Below are positions 37,496 to 48,884 of a DNA stretch of 64,000 nt, one piece after another. The number at the start of each line of letters is the position of its first letter. Position 1 is the first letter of the stretch. The position numbers and the translations under genes are program-made. Origin of the DNA: Cirrosporium novae-zelandiae (taxonomy: Eukaryota); the NCBI GenBank assembly GCA_026023565.1, contig JAPETS010000017.1:310001-374000 (forward strand). The letters run 5' to 3'. The notes beneath the pieces were generated by a model, which was not told the DNA's origin, made no database searches, and worked only from the letters and a program-made list of their open reading frames with translations.

Positions 37496-38727
37496 TCAAA
37501 CGAACAATGAGAAGATCAAAGGACCAATGAGCAAGCAGTACTCTGTATTGCCGAACTTCCAATCATGAGCGACACCGCCTGTGTAAGTAGTAAGTACTCT
37601 GGGGGTTGTGGGAGTGCCTGTGCCTATGCCTCCGCCGGTGCCAGCTGTAGTTCCGGTTGCAATTCTGGTTGCAGTCACGAGAGCAGTACCGTTGCTGCTG
37701 AGAGGGTAAGGAGGTGCGACGTAGCTTGGTGCAGCACTGGTAGCGCCAGTCAGGAAGCTTGAGGTGCTGTTTGTCATTGGAAAGGTAATGAAAGCACTAT
37801 CGGTTGTTGGCGCTGTAGCTGAGGTAAGGAACGTGGATGAGCTGCTTGTGAGTGAGCTGCTTGTGGACGAGCCGCTTGTATATGCGGGGGCAGCAGTGCT
37901 GGAGTTGGCCATGGTGCTCTTATTGGTCATGATAACAACATTGGTAATGGTGAAGGTCAATGTGGTAGTCGTGGTGCTGGTTGCGGACAAGTCGGAGGTT
38001 GCTGCCACAGTGCTAGCAGTGGACATACTAGCCGTCACACTCTCAGTACCAGTTGTGGTGCCAGTTGTAGACCAGTCAGAGGTTGCAGCAACACTAGCAG
38101 CAGTCGCAGTTCCATCGAAATAGGAGCAGACTGCGTCACCTGCAGTGTCGGTGGTTTCGATGCCTTTACCAACAGATGAGTTTTCTGGTTCGAAATTCCA
38201 AACGCCCACAAAGGATCTACAAAAGGGTGGACTTCAAACATACAGAGAATGCTACTTTCCGCTCCCTGAGCTGAAATGCTAGGTGCACTACGAGGACAAG
38301 AGTCAGTCAGTATTTTATCACAACATCCAAAATAGGGTGAAATGAGGTGAAATAGAAGCAAGAGCATTGAGCTGACTTGTAATTGCAGTCGACGGCAGTG
38401 CCAATGGTACCATCGCAGTAGATGATAGTGCTCGTATTGCCGCTTTTGCCAGCACAATAGACCCGGCCGCCTGGAGTGCAGGTAATGAAGTCTTTGCCGT
38501 CGATATGCCAGCTCCCCAAGTCAGCATGGGGGGCTCTCTGAATATGTCGCTGGCACCGGGAGTATCCTCACTTCTCCTCTCAAGAATGGAGACTTAAAAC
38601 TAAAAGAGAAAGAGAGAAAGAGAGAGAGATAACGAAACTGGCGAATAACTTACTAAGTGATCTGAGCTTTCACGAGCGGAGCTGCTACAAGCAGAGCAAA
38701 GCCGCCGAAAACGGTAATACTCTTCAT
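37496..38727 (-). CDS. Secreted Ser/Thr-rich cell-surface protein with N-terminal Cys domain and probable GPI signal
   Basis: Signal peptide MKSITVFGGFALLVAAPLVKA. Spliced Cys domain YWHIDGKDFITCTPGGRVYCAGKSGNTSTIIYCDGTIGTAVDCN...LCIETTDTAGDAVCSY. S/T-rich stalk and hydrophobic C-terminus LLIGPLIFSLFV. Three inferred introns. Confidence 0.7.
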
Positions 38728-39176
38728 GGCGAAATTGGAGTTAAGACGTAAGATAATGTCTTGGGGGTTAAGGTAAAAACGAGCGAGATGGGATTATGGA
38801 ACGAAAGAGCTCGAAGTTGAACGAGTGGATAAAGTGGGTTGGTTGTTGGGAGAAGTAAAAGAGATGGAGGGAGTATAGGGTGGTGTCGAAATTTATAAAC
38901 ACCACGAGTTCGGCGCTAGTCCCGATTAAAGTCGTGGTTGTTATACCCTTTAACATTACACTGAACTGAAAGTGAGGTATGGCTAACGATTATACCCCCT
39001 TCTTATCTTCACCACCGTGGCTTAGATGCCTAGGTATTGATTCGATTCTAGAGAAGACCTAGCATGAAACGACCCTTCTACTCTATACTAAATAGTGCAC
39101 AGTAAAAAATACTGAGAAAGGATGCCCACAGTTTGTTATTGTGCCTTAAGCATTAGCTACTATGATAATATCCCTA

Positions 39177-40822
39177 TTACGTCTTTCCTGAATCAATCTG
39201 GTATCGATCTGAGCTGAGCATCCAGTCTGCCATACCATGTCCAAACCCCACAATCACGTCCATGTATTTCTGCCAAGCCATCATGTCGTTTCCGCATGTT
39301 TCTAGATTCGAGGAGACGGCATCTGACATCTCCTGTATTTGCACCACCAGGTGGTTATGGGCATCTAGAAGAGCTTGCACTGCCGTATGCATGTCGTAAC
39401 CATCCCGGATCAGCACTTCAGCAGTATTGAGTTCATTACCAGAGGAATGGTCTTTCTCCCATCCAAGTAGATCGTTCTGAAAGCCAAGCACACATGCCAC
39501 AGTAAATTGGAGTTGGCTCATGGAGCCATCCGGTGTATTAGGGACGCATTTTGGCTCCATCTCAAGACGTGGATCTAATCCAAGGTCCGCTCGAACCAAC
39601 ACCATCAGAGGTCGAGCTATAAGTACCAGCACAATGTTAAAGGGCCAAATTCGCTTGCTTGTAATGGTCACTATTGAGCATACCTGAAATCGTAACTGGT
39701 CGAAGCTCTAGCCATTCCTTCAATTCGAATTGCCCTCTTTTTAGCTCCTTCTCCGCAGAAAGTGCCATAACTACGTCTTGTACCTCGCTCAAGAACACGT
39801 CTTTCCAAGACAGCGATTGCGTCTCTTGCATCCCAGACTCGTCATAATTATCTTCTGGTTGAAGAATTGTATGTGACAACATGTCACAAAACACTTTTGA
39901 AACTTGCGAACAAACGTTATGGATTGATAATGAGGGACATGAACAGTTAACGCGTCCAAAGCAGCACTCTAGAGGGATAGGGTCCTCCAGATCCTCTGTT
40001 AAATCTAATAGAAGTCAGATAGGCTCCCTTCGTCATAAGTAAAACTGGGTACAATGCTGTAAAATCAAGTAATTTGAATACTTTACAATAATTCGGTGCT
40101 GATTTACCATCAATTGCACAGAGCCACATCCAAAAACCTGCAGCAGTCATTCTCGCACTATCTGATACTGCATTCTTGGGGAGCATGCGATCAACGAAGG
40201 CCATTGGATCTGCATCATGAACTGTATTCTGAACCTCCAGGGGCAATTTAGCGATAAAATCACTGATCTCTAGATCTTCACATGTACCCAAATGGTCTCC
40301 ATTTGAATGGTGAGACGCTTCAATCACTGGATATGGTAGCCGAAGAGTAATCTCTCCTCCAAGTAAGGAAGAGGTAAACTGTTTTGTTATTAGGGGCACT
40401 CCTTCGACAGGACAAGGTGTAGTTCCTTGGATTTCATTGGAGATTTCTGGACTTCCATCAACCTTAGGCCTATGGTCATTTGACTTTTTTGTTGGCCTGG
40501 AGATATTCTGTGGCGATGGTCTAATAAATATAGATTTTAAGGGCCTCGAAATAATGCGAAGCAGGTGTTTATACAACTTAGAAACACCCAATGGGGCAGA
40601 TACTGCATGCTGATATCTCCGCCAAAGAAGGTGATAAACTTGGCTCATGTGCTGTCCTAACGCAGGACATACCAGCCTTTGCTGAATAAATGCCCCGAAT
40701 TCCGAGATGTAGCCAACATAGAAATCGAAGCCAGGTGAATGTTGCACAACTGGTTCTGCATTGCTGGGCTTGTCATGCTTGTGGGATCGCCAAAACCCCA
40801 ATGAACGGGTTACAGAACCCAT
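39177..40822 (-). CDS. Class I terpene synthase (sesquiterpene-cyclase-like), ~491 aa
   Basis: Exons 40822-40108, 40004-39684 and 39616-39177 join to give AID-DLTE (DDxxE), WLELRPVTIS (sensor Arg), QNDLLGWEKD (NSE/DTE-type motif) and the C-terminal WMLSSDRY (WxxxxxRY). Confidence 0.82.
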
Positions 40823-42073
40823 TTCTTTCTATTAAATCAGTAACTATATACTTCCATGGTGGATATACTCACATAAAGGATGACTCGTGAATGTATGGCC
40901 TGGATTCTGTAAATAACGTTTCAGGGCATCCAAGCATAGAAATGAAAGGCAATATGGTAGCAGGTAGTTATCAATAGGCTTCAACGAGAGTGTCTGGATA
41001 AGATGAAATAATTGTTCTAGGCTTGAATTGTTACCTTGGGTATATTCCCGAGAGGTTTTCGAATACATTCTTGGGGACGTTTCGTAACTTCTTATAGCTA
41101 TCCCCTGGGCCGAACAATACTAGGACCTAGGAAGGCGTTATGGCCATTGTGCATTCAAGTTGATCTTGCCTCCGCTGTTACACTGCTGACGGCCTATGCC
41201 GAAACATGTAGGGGCTGTATCATTATAAGATATGTTATAGTGGAAATAGAAGAGACTTGAGGAGAGGAAGGCCTTAGAACTGGCAGGTGATAGCCCAGGC
41301 CATAGTTGGAAATTGGAAACGGGTCAAAATAATATGAGAAACCACAACGGTATTCGGAACAACTCAAGCCAATCCATTTATCCTGGCTAATTATATACCA
41401 GACAGGCATAGTATATGGTTATATTAAAGAAAGGGATAAGAAACTCGGATGTTCCTTGAATCAGGGTGCCGATCACGAGCAGTCTTTGTTACTATTACCC
41501 CCTTTGTATGGAACCATGTGAAATAATAGCGTGGCAAACATTACTTTTTAACAGACAAGTCTCGACAAACCCAGTCACTAACAAAGGAGCTAAATCATCA
41601 TAAAGAATACAGAAAGAAAATGTATGAATAAATCGTTACTCCGGTTTAATGGTGCCCGGATAATATTATTCAATAGCCATATCGGAATCGACGTGATGAA
41701 GGAGGCTTGATTGAGGCAAATATGTAAGACAACCATAATTGCTTCTGCTATGAACATAGGAAAGATCACCTGGGTGTATCCGATAAGCCATCTTTTTGGG
41801 GGCGTGGGGGGTATCCTAAAGAATAATTCAAATTAAATAGGATTTACTGTAGTAGATACCCAGTCAAAAACGACATGTCATTTTTCTAACTTTCGGGCGG
41901 TATAAGAATCAAACCTGTGGAGTGGAACTTCGCCGTTGAAAACCCATCCAGCTTTGAAAGATTTTCTTCTCGTCAATACAGTGTATGCATTCATCAAAAG
42001 ACATTGCATAATACGTACTAGATTATTCGAATTTTGATAATTTAAGAAGATATGGAAAGGGGATGGTGTTAGG

Positions 42074-43357
42074 ATGGTAAAATCAAACCCAAAGCCACGA
42101 AAAGTTGTTGGAGCAAAGAAAGAACCGCTGGCAAGACATCAAGGCAAGAACCATCCTCAACTTAACGTTGATCATGAAATTGGGAAGGCAGCTCCTACAA
42201 TCCCACTAGAGCTTCAGCAATTGCTACTCAACATATTTCGAAATTCTTTTCCGCCAGAGAGAGTTACCCACATCCAACCAATTATACAAGAAGTGAAACA
42301 ACATCTCTACCAACGAGATTTCGGAGCAGCTTTTGGTCGGGAGGACTATCTCCAAGCATATGCTCTTCGATGGAGCCCTAGTCGTGCCCTGGCTTATCTA
42401 GAGATTCTAAGCGTTTTCTCTGTGCTGTCCGAAAGACTGAGCAGCCTTGCGCATTGTTACGTTGAGCATGCAAAGCAACCGTCGCCGCCAGCCGGTCAAG
42501 AGCGAGTAAAATCAACGCCCGCTTCCCTTGATAGAATGCATGGCGAGGCAAGGCTGCGCCAAAATAGACGGGTCATCTTGCTAGGAGGAGGCGCAGGTGC
42601 TGAAGTGGTTGCTCTTGCTGGCTTTCTAAATCTCCATAACCGTGTGCAAGTATCTGAAAATAAATTGACAGTCGTGGAGAACCCTTCTGATTCTCAAGGA
42701 CAAACCCCAGGGCTTTCCTCAGGACTACAACTATGCGCTATTGATATCGCTTCTTGGTCACCGGTACTGGAGAAGTTAAATGAGAGCATCACTTCTCCTC
42801 CACCTCTATCCAAGTTTGCCTCTGAGGCAGTTAGAGAGGCGAGTGCTGCTCTTCTTGACTCCGCCCAGTTTTCTGTTTCTTTCCGTCAGCAAGATATCCT
42901 CTCCCTGCAAACAGAGGGGGAGGCTATCGATGGGATTGCATCTTTACTTGGCGAGGCCTCTCTCGTTACAATGATGTTCACTTTAAACGAGCTTTATACG
43001 ATTTCTATGGCAAAAACGACCAGGTTTCTTCTTAACCTCACGGCACTTACCCACACAGGATTGTTGCTTTTAGTCGTTGACAGTCCAGGCAGCTACTCGA
43101 CCGTTTCCATACCCACCAGGAGCGGGGATACAAATTCAAGGTCACCTACAGAAAATAAATACCCAATGAAATGGCTACTTGATCATACCTTACTAGAAGC
43201 TTCTAGCACTAGAAGCAATGAAACTGATGGAGAAGGAGCGCAATGGGAAAAGCTAATTTCCGAGGATTCTAAGTGGTTTAGGCGACCACCAAGTCTAAAG
43301 TATCCAGTGGAACTGGAGGACATGCGCTATCAGATACATATATATCGGAGATTATAG
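42074..43357 (+). CDS. BMT6: 25S rRNA (uridine-N3) methyltransferase, Bmt6/DUF3115 family
   Basis: IQEVKQHLYQRDF..AF, AYALRWSPSRALAY, LGGGAGAEVVA, MFTLNELY, LLVVDSPGSYS, YPMKWLLD, LEDMRYQ. Confidence 0.85.
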   Translation: MVKSNPKPRKVVGAKKEPLARHQGKNHPQLNVDHEIGKAAPTIPLELQQLLLNIFRNSFPPERVTHIQPIIQEVKQHLYQRDFGAAFGREDYLQAYALRWSPSRALAYLEILSVFSVLSERLSSLAHCYVEHAKQPSPPAGQERVKSTPASLDRMHGEARLRQNRRVILLGGGAGAEVVALAGFLNLHNRVQVSENKLTVVENPSDSQGQTPGLSSGLQLCAIDIASWSPVLEKLNESITSPPPLSKFASEAVREASAALLDSAQFSVSFRQQDILSLQTEGEAIDGIASLLGEASLVTMMFTLNELYTISMAKTTRFLLNLTALTHTGLLLLVVDSPGSYSTVSIPTRSGDTNSRSPTENKYPMKWLLDHTLLEASSTRSNETDGEGAQWEKLISEDSKWFRRPPSLKYPVELEDMRYQIHIYRRL

Positions 43358-43496
43358 AATCAAACTTTTATTGGCTAGCTAGATCAGCATATTAAATGCT
43401 TGCTAATCTGAATGGCATCCAATAAATCAGCATAATCCCACTGGCAGGTATCGCATGAGTGCTTTATCATCTATCATGATTATCAGAATTTGATAT

Positions 43497-44151
43497 CTAA
43501 TCTTCGTCCTCTTCAGCGTCGTCACTAATAACGTTGAAGAACCTAAGTTCATAGACACCCTTGCTGGTAGATACAACACGGAGCCAATCCCTGAGTTGCT
43601 GCTTCTTCAAGAATTTCTTGGTCCTGTCCGAAGTAGGGTTAGAACATTCATCACTTCATCTTGAAAGGCATAATATCTAGAGCGTAACATACAAGTACTT
43701 GAGATATCGGCCGGAGAAAGGGATGTGAGCAACGACCTCAATTTTGCCATCTCCAGTATTTGTGATTTCGATGGAATCTCCGAGGTTACCAGGACGTCCC
43801 TCGACCTTTATCTTGTCGTGCAAGAACTTCTCGAAGGCAGAGACGTCGAAGATTTTATCGGAGGCAGGCTGCGAGGCATTGATAATGAACTAAGAGCAAG
43901 ACATGTTAGCAACGCATCCATCATTTACTCGACGAAGATGGATAGAAGGGAGAAGATTTATCACTTACTTTCTTGGTGGTCTTTGGCTGCTTGCCAGTCT
44001 TAGACCGAGCGCCAGCGGATTTCTGGAACGAACAAACACTTTAGCCTACTGCTCTTCTCTAACGCGACAACCAGTCGACATAAAGTCGAGGTTGCGCAGA
44101 ACAGCAAAGCGGTTGGTGTGGATCAAGGAAACATACTGTGGAGGGAGCCAT
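43497..44151 (-). CDS. RPL22: 60S ribosomal protein eL22
   Basis: Four exons: MAPST / KSAGARSK...TTKK / [37 protein letters not shown]...FSGRYLKYL / [31 protein letters not shown]...EDED*. Confidence 0.95.
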
Positions 44152-44942
44152 TGCGTCGTGAATTTGGGAGAATTGAACGCAAAGAAGTGATTATCCTGCG
44201 TCTTTGGGAATGAGGGGTATTTTTTATTTGCCTTGGGTTGGAGATTTTAGAAAAAAGAAACGGAAATATGCGAGCGGATGATTTGGTGGTTAGAATGAGC
44301 TCGCTTATTTTTTAGCTATGCTTATCAGATAAGGGTACGTACCCTATTATGAACCAGAGCAGACTAACGTTCATCCACTACTTTTCTCCTATAAACAAAT
44401 ATTTACATATAATTTTTATAATAATCCCATCTGAGTTCCTTGCATATATCTTAGTAGGCACTTACATTGCGGTTCACACTCTAATAGCTGCCTACCCCAA
44501 GATCACAAAGAACAATTTATAAAAACACCAATTATTCTAGATTTTAGCTTTGGACATAGCCAGAGTCGCCAAACATAATGTACTGCTGTTAAGACTGGCC
44601 TGTGATGATTGGACATAATCCGTAGCCATTGGTATAATATAGAGCGTTGGAGATAATATTGCCCGTTCCAATTGTCCACGATATATTTTGGTATTGCATG
44701 GGGAAGTAATTATCAGTTTTGTTCCTCCACACATACCCCCTACTATTGGTAGGCCACTCTTTTCAGCATCATACCATGATATAAAGACGTCGATTTCACG
44801 TCTAGTGACTCCTAGATATAGTTGAAAAGGAGACCATTGAGAATATAACCTGTTCTTGATCAATACCCCCAAGCCCTCCCACCACCATCCCCTTCTCTCT
44901 CCCTACCCGTCAATATAATCCTTACCATCACCATATTCAAAC

Positions 44943-45061
44943 ACATACGACCACAGGCTCAAGAGAACTGGGCATCCCGTCCGCTCTGCCATACATAAAC
45001 TTGAGACCGGCCGGTTAGTAGTTGGGTCGGTGACGACCAGCGAATACCGGCTGTTGTATGT
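44943..45061 (+). rRNA. 5S: Dispersed 5S rRNA gene
   Basis: ACATACGACC...CCCGTCCGCTC...GGTTAGTAGTTGGGTCGGTGACGACCAGCGAATA...GTTGTATGT, followed by an oligo-T Pol III terminator. TATAA lies ~30 nt upstream. Confidence 0.97.
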
Positions 45062-46303
45062 TTTTTTAGATTTTTGTTCCTTTCAAATGATCCAATGATA
45101 TACGCTGCTGCAATGAACATGAGGTTGCCATATTAGTAGGCTGCTCTGGGCTCTCTTGATGAAGGTAGATGTCGAAAACTCCTCACAGCATCTTGAATTG
45201 TAAAATTGGTACCCTATGGAGAGAAGTCATGTCTTGGCATCCTAGCTCGATGCGAGCGTGTATTTTCGAGAGTAATATAGTTAATCCAGTACGTATCAGG
45301 AAGGATGAAACCCTCTTGGATAAGGTTGCTAATGGGAGGTTGTCCATTGGACATTAGACGTTAGTAGCTATATCGTAGCCCTATGAAAGGCAGAGAGTAT
45401 CAGACCAATTTGATAAAAGTTTACGAATCTTGAAATAGCAAAATTTAACAGAAGGTCTAATTGAAGTTAATATATGGATTGGATATCCATTATTGATGGC
45501 TTTCACCTATTATAAAAATATCTTTAATCCTTCAAAACTATCGAGAAGTATAAAGGTGAGAAATAAGCAATTGTAAAAGGATCCTTAAATACCTAATTGA
45601 TGATAGAAGGCTGATCTCAGCATAAGTCTCTTCACCATGTACCTAGGTACTTTCGGAAGCACCATAGCAATTGAAACGCTAGGGACATTGTCCTTAGCTA
45701 ACGTTATTTCTACCAGTCGGTTGAATTGAGGGGTGAACTATCATCACTTAGAGATTGTTGCTGTTGCTACTGCTGCAACGACATGCTAATTGCTGCTACT
45801 GCCGACAATGGAAACTTAGTTGTAGTAATAAAAACACGAGGGAGGAGAATACATGATAAAAAATATTGAAAAAGGGTATAAGAATCCCCTAATTCTCCTA
45901 TTATTTGCTAATATTTTCGAAATATATAGCTGCCTAGCTAATTGAATGGCTAACTAAAGAGAAAAAAAATTATTAGTGATACATCAAGTAGCAACTATAA
46001 GAGCCAGATCCCTTATTTAAAGCCTAGCAAGGTGACCTAATAGTGACATTCTTAGCCTGTCAGATAATTAATCCAATCACGCTCCTTGTTTGGAACACAA
46101 ACATCACGGGAAGAGTTGAGAAGGAAGATTCTTGGTGTTCAATATTGATTTGGAAAATGGTGGGGAGGAGACGTTAACAAAGCAGTATATGTAAGTCATT
46201 ATCTATTTAATGATTCTCCGATAAATTCTCAGGGACTTGTATTGATGAACAAATTCTTAGGATTGTGGATTGAGACTATAGAACCTAGGACGAACCGATT
46301 GTT

Positions 46304-47385
46304 ATGTCGCCGAACCGTGAGACACGGGAAAAAGTTGCACGGGCAATTTATGGCGCCTATGTAAATATCGGCCTTTTTCATATCAAGAATAACGGAGTAG
46401 CTAGAATGTTAAGGGGTGCCATGACAAGCCACGGCGGGGTTTCTACAGATGTTCCCTTTAAGACAAAATGAAACTTGATACTAACATGAATGCTTCAACT
46501 GGAACAATGATATTGGATGGGACTTTCAAAATAGATAAACCATCTCAAAAGCCACAGTATCAAATATAAAATGGATATCAATGTCTCGGCATGCTTGAGA
46601 GCATTACCTTTAGATATGAACCTCTAATGGGCCGAGGAAAACCAATGGAGACAATAACCCGAGTTTTTGGCCTCCTGAAAAGAGGCTACCTGGGTTCAAG
46701 GACAACGCCGGTAAATGCGATACTAAGACGCTGACATTATTCAGAAAGACCTTGTAGCTCTTTGTATTTGGTCCAGTTCTGGGGGAAGACGTTTTTCGAT
46801 CAATTTATTAAGCATTTAAGTGTGATCCTAAAGCTAAATTAATACCCAGCAGCGATACTAGGAAGATCTAAATGTCTGGGGACTCATGCTCATAGTGGAA
46901 ATCCCGTACCTCCTATCGAGTCGAGAATCTGGTTAAAATAATTTTCATTCCATCTACTTACTCATTGTAAGTTTTACACTTCTGGGCTGGGAAAATGTCA
47001 AGCCACTTGAAATTCTCTCAAAGGATGACATCTAAATCTCGACGGACCCTATTCCAAGGTTGCGCTCAAATTTTGACCGTGCAACTGTTCCATGACAGCC
47101 GACCAATTCCTTCTATAGCATCATGTCATGGGTGCCGTCATTATGAGTGTTGGCGATGCAATGAGTATGTGGAAAAATGACTTATTTCTCTCAACAGTCC
47201 ATCAAAGCAACAGCAAAGAAGCCATAGCTAGATATAGCATTTCTTTCTTCTGGGCTGATTATGATGCCATTAAGGAGAATTCCTTCTTATATTCCCGAAG
47301 AACATCCGCTCAAGCACAAGCCTACTATAGTACAGCTGAAGCTCGTGTGAGAGAAGAGTTGAATCGGATACACCCGAAAAGGTAG
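46304..47385 (+). pseudogene. Decayed 2-oxoglutarate/Fe(II) dioxygenase (IPNS-like DIOX_N + 2OG-FeII_Oxy)
   Basis: Colinear fragments with stops and frameshifts: REKVARAIYGAYVNIGLFHIKNNGV, NPSFWPPEKRLPGFKD, LKLN*YP...GTHAHSG, FTLLGWENVKPLEIL...DPIP, GAVIMSVGDAMSMWKNDLFLSTVH...RYSISFF. Confidence 0.8.
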
Positions 47386-48884
47386 GGAGGGAAACGAAAC
47401 TCCACCGGTCAAGGGTTGAGTGGGTCGAGGGGATCGTATACAACTTCGTATGGGAGGTTTTGAGGCTGATGAGGTCGATTATAGAGAAACGGTAAAGGGA
47501 AATAATACGGGAATTGAGGCAGTGCAAGGAGAAGGTGAAAAAACATAACCTGTGAGGTGGTAGCCTAGATAGATACCAGGATCAGAACAGAGCCTCAGGC
47601 TAGTAGGGATATTGACTGAGTTGTCAAGTTGGGTACTGGTAACTTTACCGTGTTAGGTACCATTAAACAAACCCGATGTTTTGAAAAACAGGGATTCCAA
47701 CCGGCGATCTTGGGGTCGCTGCATGATCTAAGGGGAGATAGATACTGAGTGCAGAAGTGGCAGAGGTGGCAGAGGTGGAAGACTAGAAGGCTAGAAGACG
47801 GTGGAAGTACTTAGGTACCTCATAGTTAACGGGAGCCAGAAAGCCTTAAAAGCCTTAAAAGCCTTAATTTTTTGTTTTAGTTGGGGAGCAACTCAATCTC
47901 ACTGTTTGATAATACTAGCCCCGGTAACGTTATTTATTTGTGGTATCCGAAAAGGTAACCCTTTTTTAGTCGTTAGTTTAGTCTATAATAATTACCGTGT
48001 AAAAAGAAAAGGAGGAACAGGATCTGGTCCCAGTTGATTAAAGATTTATTCCTAAAAAGGAAATAGTTGCTGTGGATTATCAAGACACAGGACCTAGGTA
48101 ATTAATTAGGGGTAAATGGTAAACAGACAGTACTCGAGTACACAGTAACCTGTGCCTTAATTATTATTCATTTATCCAAGTCTTGGCTAAACAAGCTTAC
48201 TAGGATGAGGTTGCTTAGTTTCCTTTAGTTTAGGAAAGATTATCAATCGTGGATCAATCAATCATCGATCTGCAATATCATGCATCAATCATCAACCCAT
48301 CAGCGTCATTGCCATGATTTACCGTGGTAGGTACAGTACCTAGACAGTTAACCTTTGAAGCTTTAGTTTCAGTTCTTTGAATTTCATCCGAATTTCATGG
48401 AATCCCATGCATCCGAGGTCCGCTCTGGCCGCTCTTCCATTCCCATAGACTTACAATGTAATTATTGACAGCTCAGGGTGATCAAGGTTATTGGATAAAT
48501 TTAGCCATGGCTGATTGTCATGCATGTCTCTTGCTCACTTCTCCCGAACACTTTTTGAAACTGTCCTGGCTACTTCTTGTATATCTTTTGACTCCACCGT
48601 TCCTTTTCGTAGGAACATTCCCTCTCATTCATTAAAATCAATTAATTGTATGGTAGCACATTCATGTTTTTCTACTTGTTACCAAGCCAATCCAGCAAAA
48701 AGATAGAACAACACAACCACCTAGAGTGACCTCATCAACATTCATTTACACCGCATTCTCACCATTCACCTTCAAAATATGCTAATCCCAGGGGCCTTAA
48801 TTACGTCGTCTGCTTGTTCTGCACATCATCAATAGCATTCAATCTGCATATCGTGGTCATCGACCCCGAGTCCTCACGGTACAG

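Noticed and set aside
43346..43357. BMT6 C-terminal RRL as a peroxisomal PTS1
   Set aside because: The first residue is non-canonical and the signal is inconsistent with an rRNA methyltransferase.
44450..45900. Possible second decayed gene flanking the 5S rRNA (ORF 44537-44872 and intron-like signals)
   Set aside because: No recognisable motifs; it cannot be supported without a search.
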